From: Terriglobia bacterium
Lineage (GTDB): Bacteria > Acidobacteriota > Terriglobia > 20CM-2-55-15
Direction of reading: 5' to 3'
Length of the DNA stretch: 64,000 bases
Assembly (NCBI GenBank): GCA_965206125.1
Contig: CBDBIN010000041.1
Span: 155,674 to 219,673 of the forward strand
Under the pieces are notes generated by a model. It searched no databases, had not been told where the DNA came from, and saw only the letters and a program-made list of their open reading frames with translations. Positions 27,667-38,249 of this stretch are shown here, piece by piece; within the stretch, counting starts at the first letter, position 1, and each line of letters starts with the position of its first letter. Both the position numbers and the translations under genes were made by a program.

Positions 27667-29376
27667 ATGAAAAACCTCGAAATCGCCTCGATCTTCGGGA
27701 ACATGGCGGACCTGCTGGAGATTCAGGGCGCTAATCCTTTTCGGATTCGAGCCTACCGAAACGCGCGGGCAAGCCTGGAGTCGCTGACCGACAACGTCGA
27801 AGAGATCGCCAAGCGCGAAGCCCTCAAGGATATCCAGGGCATCGGCAAGGACCTGGCGGCGAAGATCATTGAATACATCCGGGAGGGCAGGATGGAGGCC
27901 TACGAGAATCTCAAGAAGGAGATTCCCGTGGGGCTCGTGCACGTGGTCAGTATCCCGACAATCGGACCGAAGACGGCCCGGTCCATCTTCGATCACACCG
28001 GCGTCGAGAGCGTCGAGCAACTCGAGAAGCTGGCCAAAGAGGGCAAGCTGCTCGACGTCCCGGGTATCAAGGAAAAAACCCTCGAGAACATCCTCCGCGG
28101 TATCGATCTCTACAAGCGCCGGAAAGGGACGTTCCTGCTGGGCCGTGTGCTGCCCGTCGCCCGGGAGATAATCGAAGCGCTTACCTCGGTCTCGGATCGT
28201 GTCGAGTACGCCGGCAGCCTCCGCCGCATGAAAGAGACTGTCCACGATATCGACATCCTCGCCGTCTCTTCAAATGGGGACGAGATTACGAAGGCGTTCC
28301 TCGCCCTGCCGACCATAGGGCGAGTCCTGGTACAGGGAGATACGAAGACTTCGGTACTGCTGACAGGCGACCTGCAGGTCGACCTGCGGGTTGTCGAACC
28401 GTCGAGTTGGGGCGCGGCGCTCGTGTACTTCACCGGATCGAAGGCCCATAACATTCGGCTTCGGGCAAGAGCTATCGAACGGAAGCTGAAGCTGAACGAG
28501 TACGGTTTGTTCGACGAGAACGGCGACGTCATCGCCGCGTCCGAGGAAGAAGACGTCTACGGTGCGCTGGATCTTCCGTTGATTCCGCCTGTTCTTCGAG
28601 AAGACCGTGGAGAGGTCGAGGCAGCCGACGAGGGAAGTCTCCCCACCCTGATTCAGGCTGAAGATGTTCGCGGCGACCTTCACATGCACACGACGTGGAG
28701 TGACGGAGCGGAGTCGACCGAGGCCATGGTGGCGGCAACCAAACGACGCGGGTACGATTACGTGGCCATTACGGATCATTCCAAATCGCTTGGGGTTGCC
28801 GGCGGATTGTCCGACGAAGATCTGCTGCGCCACGCCGAAGAGATTCACGGACTGGACTCGAAGCATGCGGATTTCCGGGTGTTGGCCGGGACCGAAGTCG
28901 ATATTCGGAACGACGGGAGCCTGGACTATTCCGACGAGGTGCTGTCGAAACTGGACTTTGTAGTGGCCTCGGTCCACTCCGGGCTGCGGCAGGACAAGGC
29001 CACGTTAACCGGACGGATCGTCCGGGCGATGCAAAACCCGCATGTCCGTGTCATCGGCCACCCGACCGGCCGTCTGCTCGGGGACCGGGACGCGTACGAA
29101 CTCGATTTCGATCAGATCATGTCCGAGGCAGCCCGGACCGGGACGTGCCTCGAGGTCAACGCGCACTACCACCGTCTGGACCTGAACGATGTGCTTTGCC
29201 GCAAGGCCAGGGAGATGGGCGTGCGCGTCATCATCAGCACGGACTCTCACAACACGGAGAACCTCGAGAACCTGCCGTACGGAGTGGCCACGGCCCAGCG
29301 CGGATGGCTGGAGAAGGAGCATGTCCTCAATAGTTGTCCGGTGGATGAACTTCTGGCGTTCAAGCAAGGAGTCTGA
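27667..29376 (+). CDS. polX: DNA polymerase X family protein with C-terminal PHP phosphoesterase domain
   Basis: HhH/Pol-beta-like N-terminus (IQGIGKDLAAKI...), nucleotidyltransferase core (GSLRRMKETVHDIDILA) and PHP domain (DLHMHTTWSDG...VAITDHS...). Confidence 0.85.
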   Translation: MKNLEIASIFGNMADLLEIQGANPFRIRAYRNARASLESLTDNVEEIAKREALKDIQGIGKDLAAKIIEYIREGRMEAYENLKKEIPVGLVHVVSIPTIGPKTARSIFDHTGVESVEQLEKLAKEGKLLDVPGIKEKTLENILRGIDLYKRRKGTFLLGRVLPVAREIIEALTSVSDRVEYAGSLRRMKETVHDIDILAVSSNGDEITKAFLALPTIGRVLVQGDTKTSVLLTGDLQVDLRVVEPSSWGAALVYFTGSKAHNIRLRARAIERKLKLNEYGLFDENGDVIAASEEEDVYGALDLPLIPPVLREDRGEVEAADEGSLPTLIQAEDVRGDLHMHTTWSDGAESTEAMVAATKRRGYDYVAITDHSKSLGVAGGLSDEDLLRHAEEIHGLDSKHADFRVLAGTEVDIRNDGSLDYSDEVLSKLDFVVASVHSGLRQDKATLTGRIVRAMQNPHVRVIGHPTGRLLGDRDAYELDFDQIMSEAARTGTCLEVNAHYHRLDLNDVLCRKAREMGVRVIISTDSHNTENLENLPYGVATAQRGWLEKEHVLNSCPVDELLAFKQGV

Positions 29377-29424
29377 ACGACCATTTTGGTAAACGGAGTC
29401 GAGGACGGAGCTATACCTCCGTCC

Positions 29425-29486
29425 CCGAGACCAAGCGGTAGCGACGGGGTCCGGGAACCCGGTCACTACGGTTCCCGGTTCTGTCG
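29425..29486. repeat. Copy of the dispersed REP-like element (core ...CAAGCGGTAGCGACGGGGT plus hairpin CCGGGAACC-cggtcactac-GGTTCCCGG-TTCTG)
   Basis: Shares the AGCGGTAGCGACGGGG core and the GGGAACCCGGTCACTACNGTTCCCGGTTCTG hairpin with 39100-39660 and 62849-62883. Intergenic between polX and queG. Confidence 0.6.
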
Positions 29487-29509
29487 GACCGTGGGCCTTA
29501 CCCTAAAAG

Positions 29510-30532
29510 ATGCACGCAGAACTGATCAAGGAAGAGGCACGCCGCCGCGGCTTTGATCTCGCCGGCGTCGCGCCGATTGCGCCCACGCCCGAGGCCGACT
29601 TCTACACGGAATGGCTCGGCCGCGGATACGCCGGAGAGATGCGGTACCTCGAACGCCGGGTCGAGGAACGACTCGACCCGGGGAAGATCCTGCCAGGCGC
29701 GCGGTCGGCCATCGTCTGTTCGCTGAACTACCACTCCGACCGGCCCCTCACCGGTTTTGATCCCGAACGCGCCTGGGTGTCTCGCTACGCCTGGGGGGAG
29801 GATTACCATCGCGTTCTCAAGGACAAGCTCGATGGGTTGGCCGGATGGATTGAGGATGAGTCCGGCGCCGGCACCCGAACCTACGTGGATACCGGCCCGC
29901 TGATCGAGCGCGTCCTCGCCCGATACGCCGGTGTGGGCTGGTTCGGGAAGAACACCTGTATCATCGACGAAAGGATCGGTTCCTGGACCTTCCTGGGGTG
30001 CATCCTGACGGATCTATCGCTGAAGGCCGACCGTCCGGCCCCCGATCGTTGTGGGACCTGCACGGCGTGCATCGACGCGTGTCCGACCGATGCCATCGTC
30101 GAGCCGTACGTGCTCGACAGCCGCAAGTGTATTTCCTACTTGACGATCGAGCTACGAGGGGAGATCCCGGTCCCCCTGCGACCCGGCGTCGGCCATCACC
30201 TTTTCGGATGCGACATCTGTCAGGACGTTTGCCCCTGGAACCGGAAAGCGCCAGTCGGGAGGGAGACCACCTTGGAAGCGCAGCCGGAACTGTGGTGGCC
30301 GGACCTGGAAGAACTGCTGGCACTCGACGACGACGGTTGGCGGCAGAGGATTCGGGGGACCGCCCTCAAGCGCGCGAAGGTTCAGGGCCTGGTACGGAAC
30401 CTGATGGTCGTTGCCGGAAACTCGGGCATCCGCCGGCTTTGCACCAAACTCGAACGGTTTCTCGAGCACTCCAACGCCGCGGTCCGTTCGCACGCCAGGT
30501 GGGCAATCGACCGACTCACCGACGCCGAGTAG
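29510..30532 (+). CDS. queG: Epoxyqueuosine reductase QueG (4Fe-4S, cobalamin-type)
   Basis: CGTCTACIDACPTDAI and CDICQDVCPWN ferredoxin-like cysteine clusters, plus conserved family blocks (YAWGEDYH, VDTGPLIERVLA, GWFGKNTC). Confidence 0.85.
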   Translation: MHAELIKEEARRRGFDLAGVAPIAPTPEADFYTEWLGRGYAGEMRYLERRVEERLDPGKILPGARSAIVCSLNYHSDRPLTGFDPERAWVSRYAWGEDYHRVLKDKLDGLAGWIEDESGAGTRTYVDTGPLIERVLARYAGVGWFGKNTCIIDERIGSWTFLGCILTDLSLKADRPAPDRCGTCTACIDACPTDAIVEPYVLDSRKCISYLTIELRGEIPVPLRPGVGHHLFGCDICQDVCPWNRKAPVGRETTLEAQPELWWPDLEELLALDDDGWRQRIRGTALKRAKVQGLVRNLMVVAGNSGIRRLCTKLERFLEHSNAAVRSHARWAIDRLTDAE

Positions 30533-30605
30533 GTCGGTCTCGCTTCCTCATTGCGCTGGCACTTTCGGGTCGCGGTCCGCCGAACCTCGGATAGAATCGC
30601 CCCGA

Positions 30606-32318
30606 ATGCGTCTCTTCCTCATTGCTGCCGTTCCGGTCGCGTTGCTGCTGTATGGACATGCACTCGCAGCTCCGTACTACCTGGATGATTTCGTCGTTCT
30701 CGAGAGCGCATCGACACTGCCGGCGCTGCTCTCGCCACGTTCCCTTGCTTATGCGACGTTCTTTCTGAGCGCCCAAACGATCGACCTCTTCGCAGGCATT
30801 TTCTGCTGGGACACGACCTTCTACTTCAGGCTGGGGAACCTGATTATCCATGTCCTAACAGCGACGCTCGTCGTGGGGCTCGTGTCAGCGTTGACGAAGC
30901 GACATGCACCGGGCTTTGCCGCCGGGGCGCTGTTCCTCGTCCATCCGATCGTGAGTCAGCCGGTCATGTACATCAGCCAGCGCTTCGAATCGCTCGCGAC
31001 GTTGTTCATGGTCGCTTCGTTGACCGCGTATGTCCATTTCCGCAACCGTGGAAGTACCGCGTGGCTGGCTGTGACGGGTGTGTGCGCGGTGGCGGCGGTG
31101 CTGTCGAAGGAGACCGCGGTCGTGCTCCCTCTGTGGATCTTGCTGGCCGAAGTCGTCTTCTTCCGGTCGGGCGCCTGGGACCGGCGCTACCTGTATGCAG
31201 CGCCGGCCGTGGCCCTGCTTGCCCTACCCGGATGGTGGGCATTCAGGGGTTCGGCCGAAACGTTGACGTCCGTGCCTTGGGACCAGTACATCGTGTCCCA
31301 GGGCAGCGTTCTGTCGAAATACCTTCAGCTTTCACTCTATCCCGCCCGCCAGTTTCTCCACTACGGCCCTGGCGCTGTCCCCGATTCGATCTGGGTGAAC
31401 CTGGCAGGGTGGATCCTCGTACTGGGGGTGTTGGCACTGGGCGCCGTCCTGCTCCGCAGGCAGAGGATTATCGGGTTCGGTATCCTGACGGCATTCGTCA
31501 TGCTGCTGCCTGTGACCTTGCTGCCTTTGCCCGATCCGATCTTTGAACACCGTATCTACCCTGCGTTCGTCGGACTGGCGATCGCCGCCGCCGGCCTCTT
31601 CGGGTTGCACGCGCGGAAGCTGACCGTTGTCCTGACCGTCCTCGTCCTGGCGACCTACGGAGTTCGGACTTTCAACCGGGCTGCGGAATGGAACAACGAG
31701 CTGGCGTTCTTCGAGGCACACCGGACAGCGTTTCCGGAGGATTCGCGCATGCTGTCCAATCTGGCGGTCCGGTATCGGGTCCGCGGACATATCCGACGCG
31801 CAATGGAAACGCTCGAGGAGGCACGCCGGCATGAGGATCTGCTGAACCCCTACTATTCCACCGACGGCAGGCTCAACGTCGCTTTGAACATCGCTGCGGT
31901 TTCGTTGACCTTGGGGGACGTCGAAAGGGCGGAGGACGAAATCCGCCGGGCGCTTGCCATCGATCCGAATTCATCGCGGGTCCGGCAGATGGAGGGCGCG
32001 TTCTATGTGAGGATCGGCGAACCCCAAAGGGCGGCCCTCGCTTACGAGAGGCTGCTCGAAATCGCACCCAATTCCCTCGAAGGATGGACTGAAGTACGGG
32101 ATGTGTACCTGGCTATTGGAGACCAGGCCCGAGCGGATCGTGCGGGAACGAGAGTCGCCGAGCTCAGTCCGGTGCCCAGTGGGCGGGATCGTGCGGGGCC
32201 GGTCTCCGGCGCCAATCGAACCGCTTTGATCTTCGGGTTACTGGCCTTCGTCCTGGGTGTTGTTGCTGTGGGGGGGGGTCGGCCTGGACCGTATTCCGCC
32301 GCATCAAGGACGGACTAG
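30606..32318 (+). CDS. TMTC/PMT-like multi-pass membrane protein with C-terminal TPR repeats (paralog A)
   Basis: N-terminal ~11 TM helices (MRLFLIAAVPVALLLYGHALAAPYYLDD...HPIVSQPVMYISQRFESLATLFMVAS), then TPR repeats. A G9 homopolymer lies at 32270-32278 in the last codons. The true start is at 30606, not the track's 30411. Confidence 0.6.
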   Translation: MRLFLIAAVPVALLLYGHALAAPYYLDDFVVLESASTLPALLSPRSLAYATFFLSAQTIDLFAGIFCWDTTFYFRLGNLIIHVLTATLVVGLVSALTKRHAPGFAAGALFLVHPIVSQPVMYISQRFESLATLFMVASLTAYVHFRNRGSTAWLAVTGVCAVAAVLSKETAVVLPLWILLAEVVFFRSGAWDRRYLYAAPAVALLALPGWWAFRGSAETLTSVPWDQYIVSQGSVLSKYLQLSLYPARQFLHYGPGAVPDSIWVNLAGWILVLGVLALGAVLLRRQRIIGFGILTAFVMLLPVTLLPLPDPIFEHRIYPAFVGLAIAAAGLFGLHARKLTVVLTVLVLATYGVRTFNRAAEWNNELAFFEAHRTAFPEDSRMLSNLAVRYRVRGHIRRAMETLEEARRHEDLLNPYYSTDGRLNVALNIAAVSLTLGDVERAEDEIRRALAIDPNSSRVRQMEGAFYVRIGEPQRAALAYERLLEIAPNSLEGWTEVRDVYLAIGDQARADRAGTRVAELSPVPSGRDRAGPVSGANRTALIFGLLAFVLGVVAVGGGRPGPYSAASRTD

Positions 32319-32352
32319 ATTAGCCTCGGCGAGTCGATCCTGAGAGGTTCCG

Positions 32353-33716
32353 TCAATAAGTGTGTAAATAGACATCAGGCGGCTTTCTCCTCGGTGACTT
32401 GGTTGACTGGAACTCCATTGACATATTGGGCGCCTTGGTAGACATCCTTCATCAAGTGCGGAGCCTTCAAACGGCGAAATCTTTTCTCAGCGACCAGCAG
32501 CATCTTCCAGATGACAGCCCGTGAGTTGGCCACTTTCTTGAACCTTCGAGCGGCATCGGTTCGCAGTCGCAGAGCAGAGAAGGGAGACTCCACTGGATTG
32601 GTAGTCCGCAGATGTTGCCACTGCTGTTTGGGATAGTTGTAAAACGTCACCATCCGATCCCAGTCCTGGTCGATCAAATCAGCCGCTGCCTCCAGTCCTC
32701 TCTTGCCACACCAATGTTGGAATCGTCCTTTGACTTGCTCGGCTTCCTGCCGTGTTTCTGCATAAGGGATCTGCCGCAACACCAACAACGCCGCTTTGTG
32801 CCGACCCTTGGGGATCTTAGCCAGCAAGTTGACGATGCGATGATTCCAGCATCTCTGCTCGTCGGCTTCTGGGAAAACGTTGCGCAACGCTCCCCAGATC
32901 CCCAGATGCCCGTCAGCCATCACCAGTCTCGGTGGGTTCATCCCCCGCTCTTTGAGATCCCTCAGCACTTCGGACCAGCTCTGGGTCGATTCTCGATAAC
33001 CACTACTGACCGACACCACCACTTTAGTGCCATCACTTAAAGCGGCGATCACTACCAGGATCACGGCCTTTTCCTTCTCCAGCCCTGCTTTGATGTACAC
33101 ACCGTCTGCCCACAGATACACCACTTCCAGATCGTCCAGCCGACGGCTTTGCCAGGCCTCCATTTCTCCCTGCCACTTCTCCTTCAACCGGGCTACGGTG
33201 CTGGGGGACAGCGGCGCTTCTTCCCCTAAAAGCCCTCTTAAGGCCAGATCGAAATCCCCCTCGGCCAGACCATGCAAATAGAGTTCTGGAATCAAGTCTC
33301 GTACCTCTTGCGTCCGCTTGGCAAACAGCGGCAAGACCCGGCTCTCAAAACGCTCTTCCAGATCCCGCACTCGGGGACGCCGCAGCTTGATCGTTCCGCA
33401 ACTCAGCGTCAGTCGCCGCTCCTTACCGTAGCCGTTGCGATAGCCACCGGGCGCGTCCACTTCTCGGCGACGCTCATTCTTTCTTCGTCCCAGCAGCTGT
33501 GTCACTTCATCCTCCAACAGTTCCTGTACGTAAAACTGGATCTGCTCTCGCACCCACTCTTCCAGCTGTTCAAAGCAGACTCTTGACTCCACACTTCGAT
33601 CAATGTTCTTCTTGCTCATGGCGGTGTGACTCCTTCCTTTCGGGCTCTTCCGCCCGGGTTTTTATTTCACCCGGAAGGATAATCACCGCCTATGCTATTT
33701 ACACACCTTTTGAGGG
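32353..33716 (-). mobile_element. Intact IS256-family insertion sequence (about 1.36 kb) between the two TMTC-like paralogs
   Basis: Imperfect terminal IRs: AAGTGTGTAAATAG at about 32357-32374, with its inverse CTATTTACACACCTT at about 33695-33712. Full-length transposase inside. Confidence 0.8.
32375..33619 (-). CDS. IS256-family (Mutator-like) transposase, full length (414 aa)
   Basis: Conserved blocks DLEVVYLWADGVYIKAG, VIAALSDGTKVVVSV, QRCWNHRIVNLLAKIP. N-terminal HTH-like region. Confidence 0.9.
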   Translation of the reverse strand: MSKKNIDRSVESRVCFEQLEEWVREQIQFYVQELLEDEVTQLLGRRKNERRREVDAPGGYRNGYGKERRLTLSCGTIKLRRPRVRDLEERFESRVLPLFAKRTQEVRDLIPELYLHGLAEGDFDLALRGLLGEEAPLSPSTVARLKEKWQGEMEAWQSRRLDDLEVVYLWADGVYIKAGLEKEKAVILVVIAALSDGTKVVVSVSSGYRESTQSWSEVLRDLKERGMNPPRLVMADGHLGIWGALRNVFPEADEQRCWNHRIVNLLAKIPKGRHKAALLVLRQIPYAETRQEAEQVKGRFQHWCGKRGLEAAADLIDQDWDRMVTFYNYPKQQWQHLRTTNPVESPFSALRLRTDAARRFKKVANSRAVIWKMLLVAEKRFRRLKAPHLMKDVYQGAQYVNGVPVNQVTEEKAA

Positions 33717-34110
33717 TAGCTCGATCCTGAACCGTGTTGGTCTTTTCTACCTTTACCAGTTTGCGCTCCACCCGGAACATGAAGCGGAAGATCATCTCTT
33801 TGTGCTTGTCGTCGATATCGACGAATTGCACGCCCACGCGTGGATAACTCAGCCACCGTACGACCGGATAGACGACGGGCATCCCGGTGTCGGGCAAAAC
33901 CAGAACCGCCGGTCCCAGCATCTGGCCTTTGTAGAAGCGATCGTAGTGCTGCACCGCCATGAACCGGACGCCTCCGGCACCGAGTTCGTCGGCAACGGGA
34001 TCGATGTTGTCACCCTCGAGACTGAACAGGAGGTAGACCGGGTCGCTCGCAACCACCGGAAGCCGGAATGCTTCCCGCTGCTTGCTGTAATCTAGTGCTT
34101 CCTGCTCCAT
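33667..34110 (-). CDS. PilZ-domain-like protein (putative c-di-GMP binding); C-terminal codons run into the IS256 right end
   Basis: QREAFRLPV (RxxxR-like) and DELGAGGVRF (DxSxGG-like) motifs. The stop at 33667 lies inside the IS-derived sequence. Confidence 0.4.
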   Translation of the reverse strand: MEQEALDYSKQREAFRLPVVASDPVYLLFSLEGDNIDPVADELGAGGVRFMAVQHYDRFYKGQMLGPAVLVLPDTGMPVVYPVVRWLSYPRVGVQFVDIDDKHKEMIFRFMFRVERKLVKVEKTNTVQDRATLKRCVNSIGGDYPSG

Positions 34111-34184
34111 AACATCTCATTCGTCAGTGTCGGTTAGAATCTTTAGGCGGTTGTTTCGGTTTTCCGCAGCTCTCACTAGAACCG

Positions 34185-35896
34185 GTGCGTTTATTCCTCA
34201 TTATCGCCGTTCCGCTCTCCCTGGTCATGTACGCCCACGGGTTGCAGGCGCCCTTCTATCTTGATGATTCAACAGTCATTACGACGGCCAACACGTTTGG
34301 CCTCGCGACCCGGCCCCTCGGCTACCTCTCTTTTATCTCAGCAGTCTGGCTGCGGAGATTTTTGGTGGGCTGCTTCCCTGGCTGGGCCCAATGTACTACC
34401 GACTGGGCAACGTTCTGGTTCACGTGGCGGCCGCGATGGCTGTTTTTGCGCTCGTTCGCGAACTGACCGGGAGGCACCGCGCCGCGTTCGCGTCCGGGCT
34501 CCTCTTCCTGGTGCACCCCGTCCTGAGCCAGCCGGTGATGTATATCTCGCAGCGGTTCGAATCGCTTGCGACACTGTTCATGGTCGCTTCGGGGGCCACC
34601 TACGTCCGCTTCCGTCGGACCGGAACGCGGCCATGGCTCGTTGCCGTGTGCGGTTTTGGCCTGGCGGCGGCCCTGACCAAGGAAACCGCGATGGTCCTGC
34701 CGGCCTGGATTCTCCTGATCGAATTGACCTTCTTCAGGGGCTGGCGGTGGGATCGTCGGTTCCTGTACGCGATACCCGCAAGTTTGGTCCTCTTGGTGCC
34801 GGCCTGGAGTGCCTTCCAGCGTTCGGCCACCGCGCTGACCTCGGTCTCCTGGCCCCTTTACCTGGCCTCCCAGCCGGGCGTTCTGCTCAAGTACCTGAGC
34901 CTTTCGGTCTTCCCCTACGAACAGTATCTCCACTATGACGCCCAGGTCGTGGAGGCGTTCTCGTGGCCCCTGGTCGCAGAATGGCTCCTGATTGTTGCAA
35001 TTCTGGCTACAGGCCTGACCCTCATTCGACGATATCCATACATAGGGTTCGGTATCGTGACGTTCTTCGTCCTGTTGCTGCCCGTGACGTTGCTACCGCT
35101 GCCCGACCTGATCTTCGAGCACCGTATCTATCCGGGTTTTGTGGGGCTTGCGGTCATGTTCGGCAGCCTGTCCGTCCGGCCCCTCGGCAAGCCGGCGATG
35201 ATTGCCGTATTGCTGCTGCTGACTGTATATGGTGTGCGAACGCACCAGCGGGCAGGCGAGTGGAACGACGACGTCGCGTTTTTCGAGGCCCACAGGGCCC
35301 GGTTTCCGGCGGACCCAATCGTGCTCTCGGCGCTGGGCGTCCGGTACCAGGCGCGGGGCGAAGTGTCCCGGGGTCTGGAGGCGTTCGCCGAAGCGCGCCG
35401 GAACGAGGAAAGGTTCAACCCGTACTACTCGGAGGTCGGCCGGATTAACATCGCGCTGAACATCATCACGGCGTCCATGGCGATGCGGGACTTCGAACGC
35501 GCCGGCTCGGAGCTGGAGATCGCACTCGCGCTCGATCCGGACAGGTGGCCGGTTCGCCAGATGGAAGGCGGCTACTACCTGACGATCGGCGAGTTCGAAA
35601 AGGCGGTCGTCGCCTTTCGGCGGCTGACCGAACTGGAACCGGCCCGGCCTGTGGGGTGGATCGGTCTGCGGAGCGCCTACAACGAGCTCGGTCGAGCCGA
35701 CGAGGCGAACCGAGCGGCGGAACGGCTTGAGGAGCTGAACAGCGCGGCCGAGGGGGCGCAAGGAAGGTCGTGGGCGATTCCTCCCCGGTACAGGATGCAC
35801 GTGATCTTCGCTGCGCTCCTGACTTTCCTCGGCGGGGCAGTCCTCGCGGGGCGGTGGACTTGGATCGAATTAAGGAACAGGTGGTCTAATGGCTGA
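34185..35896 (+). pseudogene. TMTC/PMT-like membrane TPR protein, paralog B, with a frameshift near 34340-34360
   Basis: ORF 34185-34466 (MRLFLIIAVPLSLVMYAHGLQAPFYLDD...) and ORF 34391-35896 (…YYRLGNVLVHV…VMYISQRFESLATLFMVAS…TPR) are each collinear with paralog A, in different frames. A T5 run at about 34353-34358 is a candidate slip site. Confidence 0.55.
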
Positions 35897-36686
35897 CAAG
35901 GCGGTCATCCTCATCGTGAATCGAGAGCGGATCCTGGTGGACCTGTTGGTGCGGTCTCTCGATGGTGACGACTTGGCCGTGTTTGGTGCCTCTTCGGTCG
36001 AAGACGCCAACCGCCTGTTTCAACGGCGCAAGCCCGACCTCGTTATCGTCGATCCGACCCTCGACGAGGGCTTTGCCTTCATGGATCAGGTCGGGAGCGG
36101 TTTGAATCCCCCCACGGTCCTGGCCCTGGTCGACTCGGACGAAGTCCGGGCCCGTGTGGCCGCCACCGGTATCGAGCGGATGGCCGACAAGACCCTGGGC
36201 CTGGATGCCCTCGTGGACGCTATTCGTTCCTCGCTCGCGAGCGGCCATCCCGTCCCCGCGGGTGTGGACGGCGGCCGGACCCGCGTTCTCGTGGTTGATG
36301 ATGACGATGGAATGCGGATGACGCTAGCCGACTACCTTGGCGGTCGAGGCTACTCGGTGGTTCCGGCCAGTGACGGGCTGGAGGCGGTCAATGCGGTGGA
36401 GCGCGACTCCTCAATCCGGATCGTCCTCCTCGATGTCAGCATGCCGCGGATGGGTGGTCTCGAGGCACTCGGGTCCATCATGGCGCGGCCGAACCATCCG
36501 GACGTGATCATGATGACGGCCGTGACCGACCGGGAGATCGCACGTCAGACCCTCGAGGCGGGTGCGTTCGACTACGTGCTCAAGCCGTTTGACCTGGATT
36601 CGATCGATACCTCAATCGTGGCCTGCCTCAGCTACTCGGACTATCACCGCCAGCCCTGGTGGAAGCGCCTGGTCCGCAGCGCATAG
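35889..36686 (+). CDS. Response regulator with two receiver (REC) domains, no output domain
   Basis: The second REC is canonical (VLVVDDDDGMR...LLDVSMP...GAFDYVLKPFDL). The first is degenerate. Confidence 0.7.
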   Translation: MADKAVILIVNRERILVDLLVRSLDGDDLAVFGASSVEDANRLFQRRKPDLVIVDPTLDEGFAFMDQVGSGLNPPTVLALVDSDEVRARVAATGIERMADKTLGLDALVDAIRSSLASGHPVPAGVDGGRTRVLVVDDDDGMRMTLADYLGGRGYSVVPASDGLEAVNAVERDSSIRIVLLDVSMPRMGGLEALGSIMARPNHPDVIMMTAVTDREIARQTLEAGAFDYVLKPFDLDSIDTSIVACLSYSDYHRQPWWKRLVRSA

Positions 36687-36745
36687 CCGCTCGCCCTGGG
36701 TTCTGTTCCTTTCGGTCCGCCAACGGCCTCAAACCGCGATAGATT

Positions 36746-38041
36746 ATGAGGATGGGCAGAACTGTACGTCTGGGTCTGTTGGGACTCGGAACAGTCGGGA
36801 AGGGCGTGTACCGTCTTCTCGAAGCCAACAGGCAACTGATCGAGCAGCGGATCGGTGCTTCGATCGAGATCGCGAAGATCGCGGTGCGCGACCCGGGCAA
36901 GGACCGCGGCATCACCTTCGGTGAAGGCATCCTGACCTCAGATGCCGCCGAGGTCGTCCGGCATCCGAATGTCGACATCGTCGTCGAACTGATCGGCGGA
37001 ACCGAGGTGGCCCGGGGCCTGATCTCCGAAGCCATCGGGGCGGGCAAGCACGTCGTTACCGCCAACAAGGCCCTGCTGGCAGAGCAGGGAGGCGAGCTGC
37101 GGTCCGCGGCACGCCGGGCGGGTGTTCTCCTGGGTTTCGAGGGAAGTGTCGGTGGCGGCATTCCCGTCATCAAGACGATTAAGGAGTCCCTGGCTGCCAA
37201 CCGGGTCCTGTCGATCTACGGCATCATCAATGGGACTTCCAACTACATCCTGACGAAGATGCGGGACGAGCGACGGCCCTATGCCGATGTACTGGTCGAG
37301 GCCCAGGAGGCCGGATATGCTGAGACCGATCCCACTTTCGATGTGGGTGGCGTCGACTCGGCACATAAGCTTGCGATCCTGGTGAACCTGGCGTTCGGCC
37401 TGGAGGTCTCGTCCCGAGACATCTATACGGAGGGAATCACCGAAATCAGTCCCGTCGACATTGAGTTCGGACGCGAATTCGGCTACACGCTCAAGCTGCT
37501 GGCGATCGCCAAGTCGGGCGGTGGGTCTCTCGAGGCCCGGGTTCACCCGACGCTCGTTCCCGATCACTACCCGATCGCTCAGGTCGGCGGGGTCTACAAC
37601 GCCGTCCAGATCGTCGGAGACGGGGTCGGAGACCTCATGCTGTACGGCCGCGGGGCCGGTGCGATGCCCACGGCCAGCGCGGTCCTGGGTGACGTCATCG
37701 ACATCTGCCGCAGTCGGGAGACCGGCCCGGCGCCCTCCTTCACATCCGGTGCGGACGCCCGGATCCAGCCCATCGAGGCTGTCGCCAGCCTGTACTACCT
37801 GCGTTTCATGGTCGAGGACAAGCCCGGTGTCCTGTCTACGATCTCCGGTGTGCTCGGACGGCACAACATCAGCATCGAGTCCGTCATCCAGAAGGGAAGG
37901 GACGCCGGCAGGATTGTCCCTCTGGTCATCATGACCCATACGGCGGTCGAGCGAGACATTCAGAACGCCCTCCTGGAACTCGATCAGCTGTCCGCCGTGG
38001 CTCTCAAGACCGTTCTGATACGCGTGGAAGCTGAAGACTAA
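36746..38041 (+). CDS. hom: Homoserine dehydrogenase
   Basis: NAD-binding GLLGLGTVG, catalytic domain blocks (GGGIPVI, NGTSNYIL), C-terminal ACT domain. Confidence 0.85.
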   Translation: MRMGRTVRLGLLGLGTVGKGVYRLLEANRQLIEQRIGASIEIAKIAVRDPGKDRGITFGEGILTSDAAEVVRHPNVDIVVELIGGTEVARGLISEAIGAGKHVVTANKALLAEQGGELRSAARRAGVLLGFEGSVGGGIPVIKTIKESLAANRVLSIYGIINGTSNYILTKMRDERRPYADVLVEAQEAGYAETDPTFDVGGVDSAHKLAILVNLAFGLEVSSRDIYTEGITEISPVDIEFGREFGYTLKLLAIAKSGGGSLEARVHPTLVPDHYPIAQVGGVYNAVQIVGDGVGDLMLYGRGAGAMPTASAVLGDVIDICRSRETGPAPSFTSGADARIQPIEAVASLYYLRFMVEDKPGVLSTISGVLGRHNISIESVIQKGRDAGRIVPLVIMTHTAVERDIQNALLELDQLSAVALKTVLIRVEAED

Positions 38042-38249
38042 GTCGCCCCGCGATCCTCAGCTAGAATTCCTAGAGTTACTGACAATAACCTAACAAACTT
38101 GTTGACCTCCAGATGACCCGTCTACCGAATTGGTGGACACGAACAATCTGCGCTTGTTTGTTTTCAATCGGTTAGGTAGTGGCACCCCGCGTGCACTTAT
38201 GTCGATCTAACGGATTGGAAGTGGTTCCATTTGGAAGGAGCTGAGGTTA

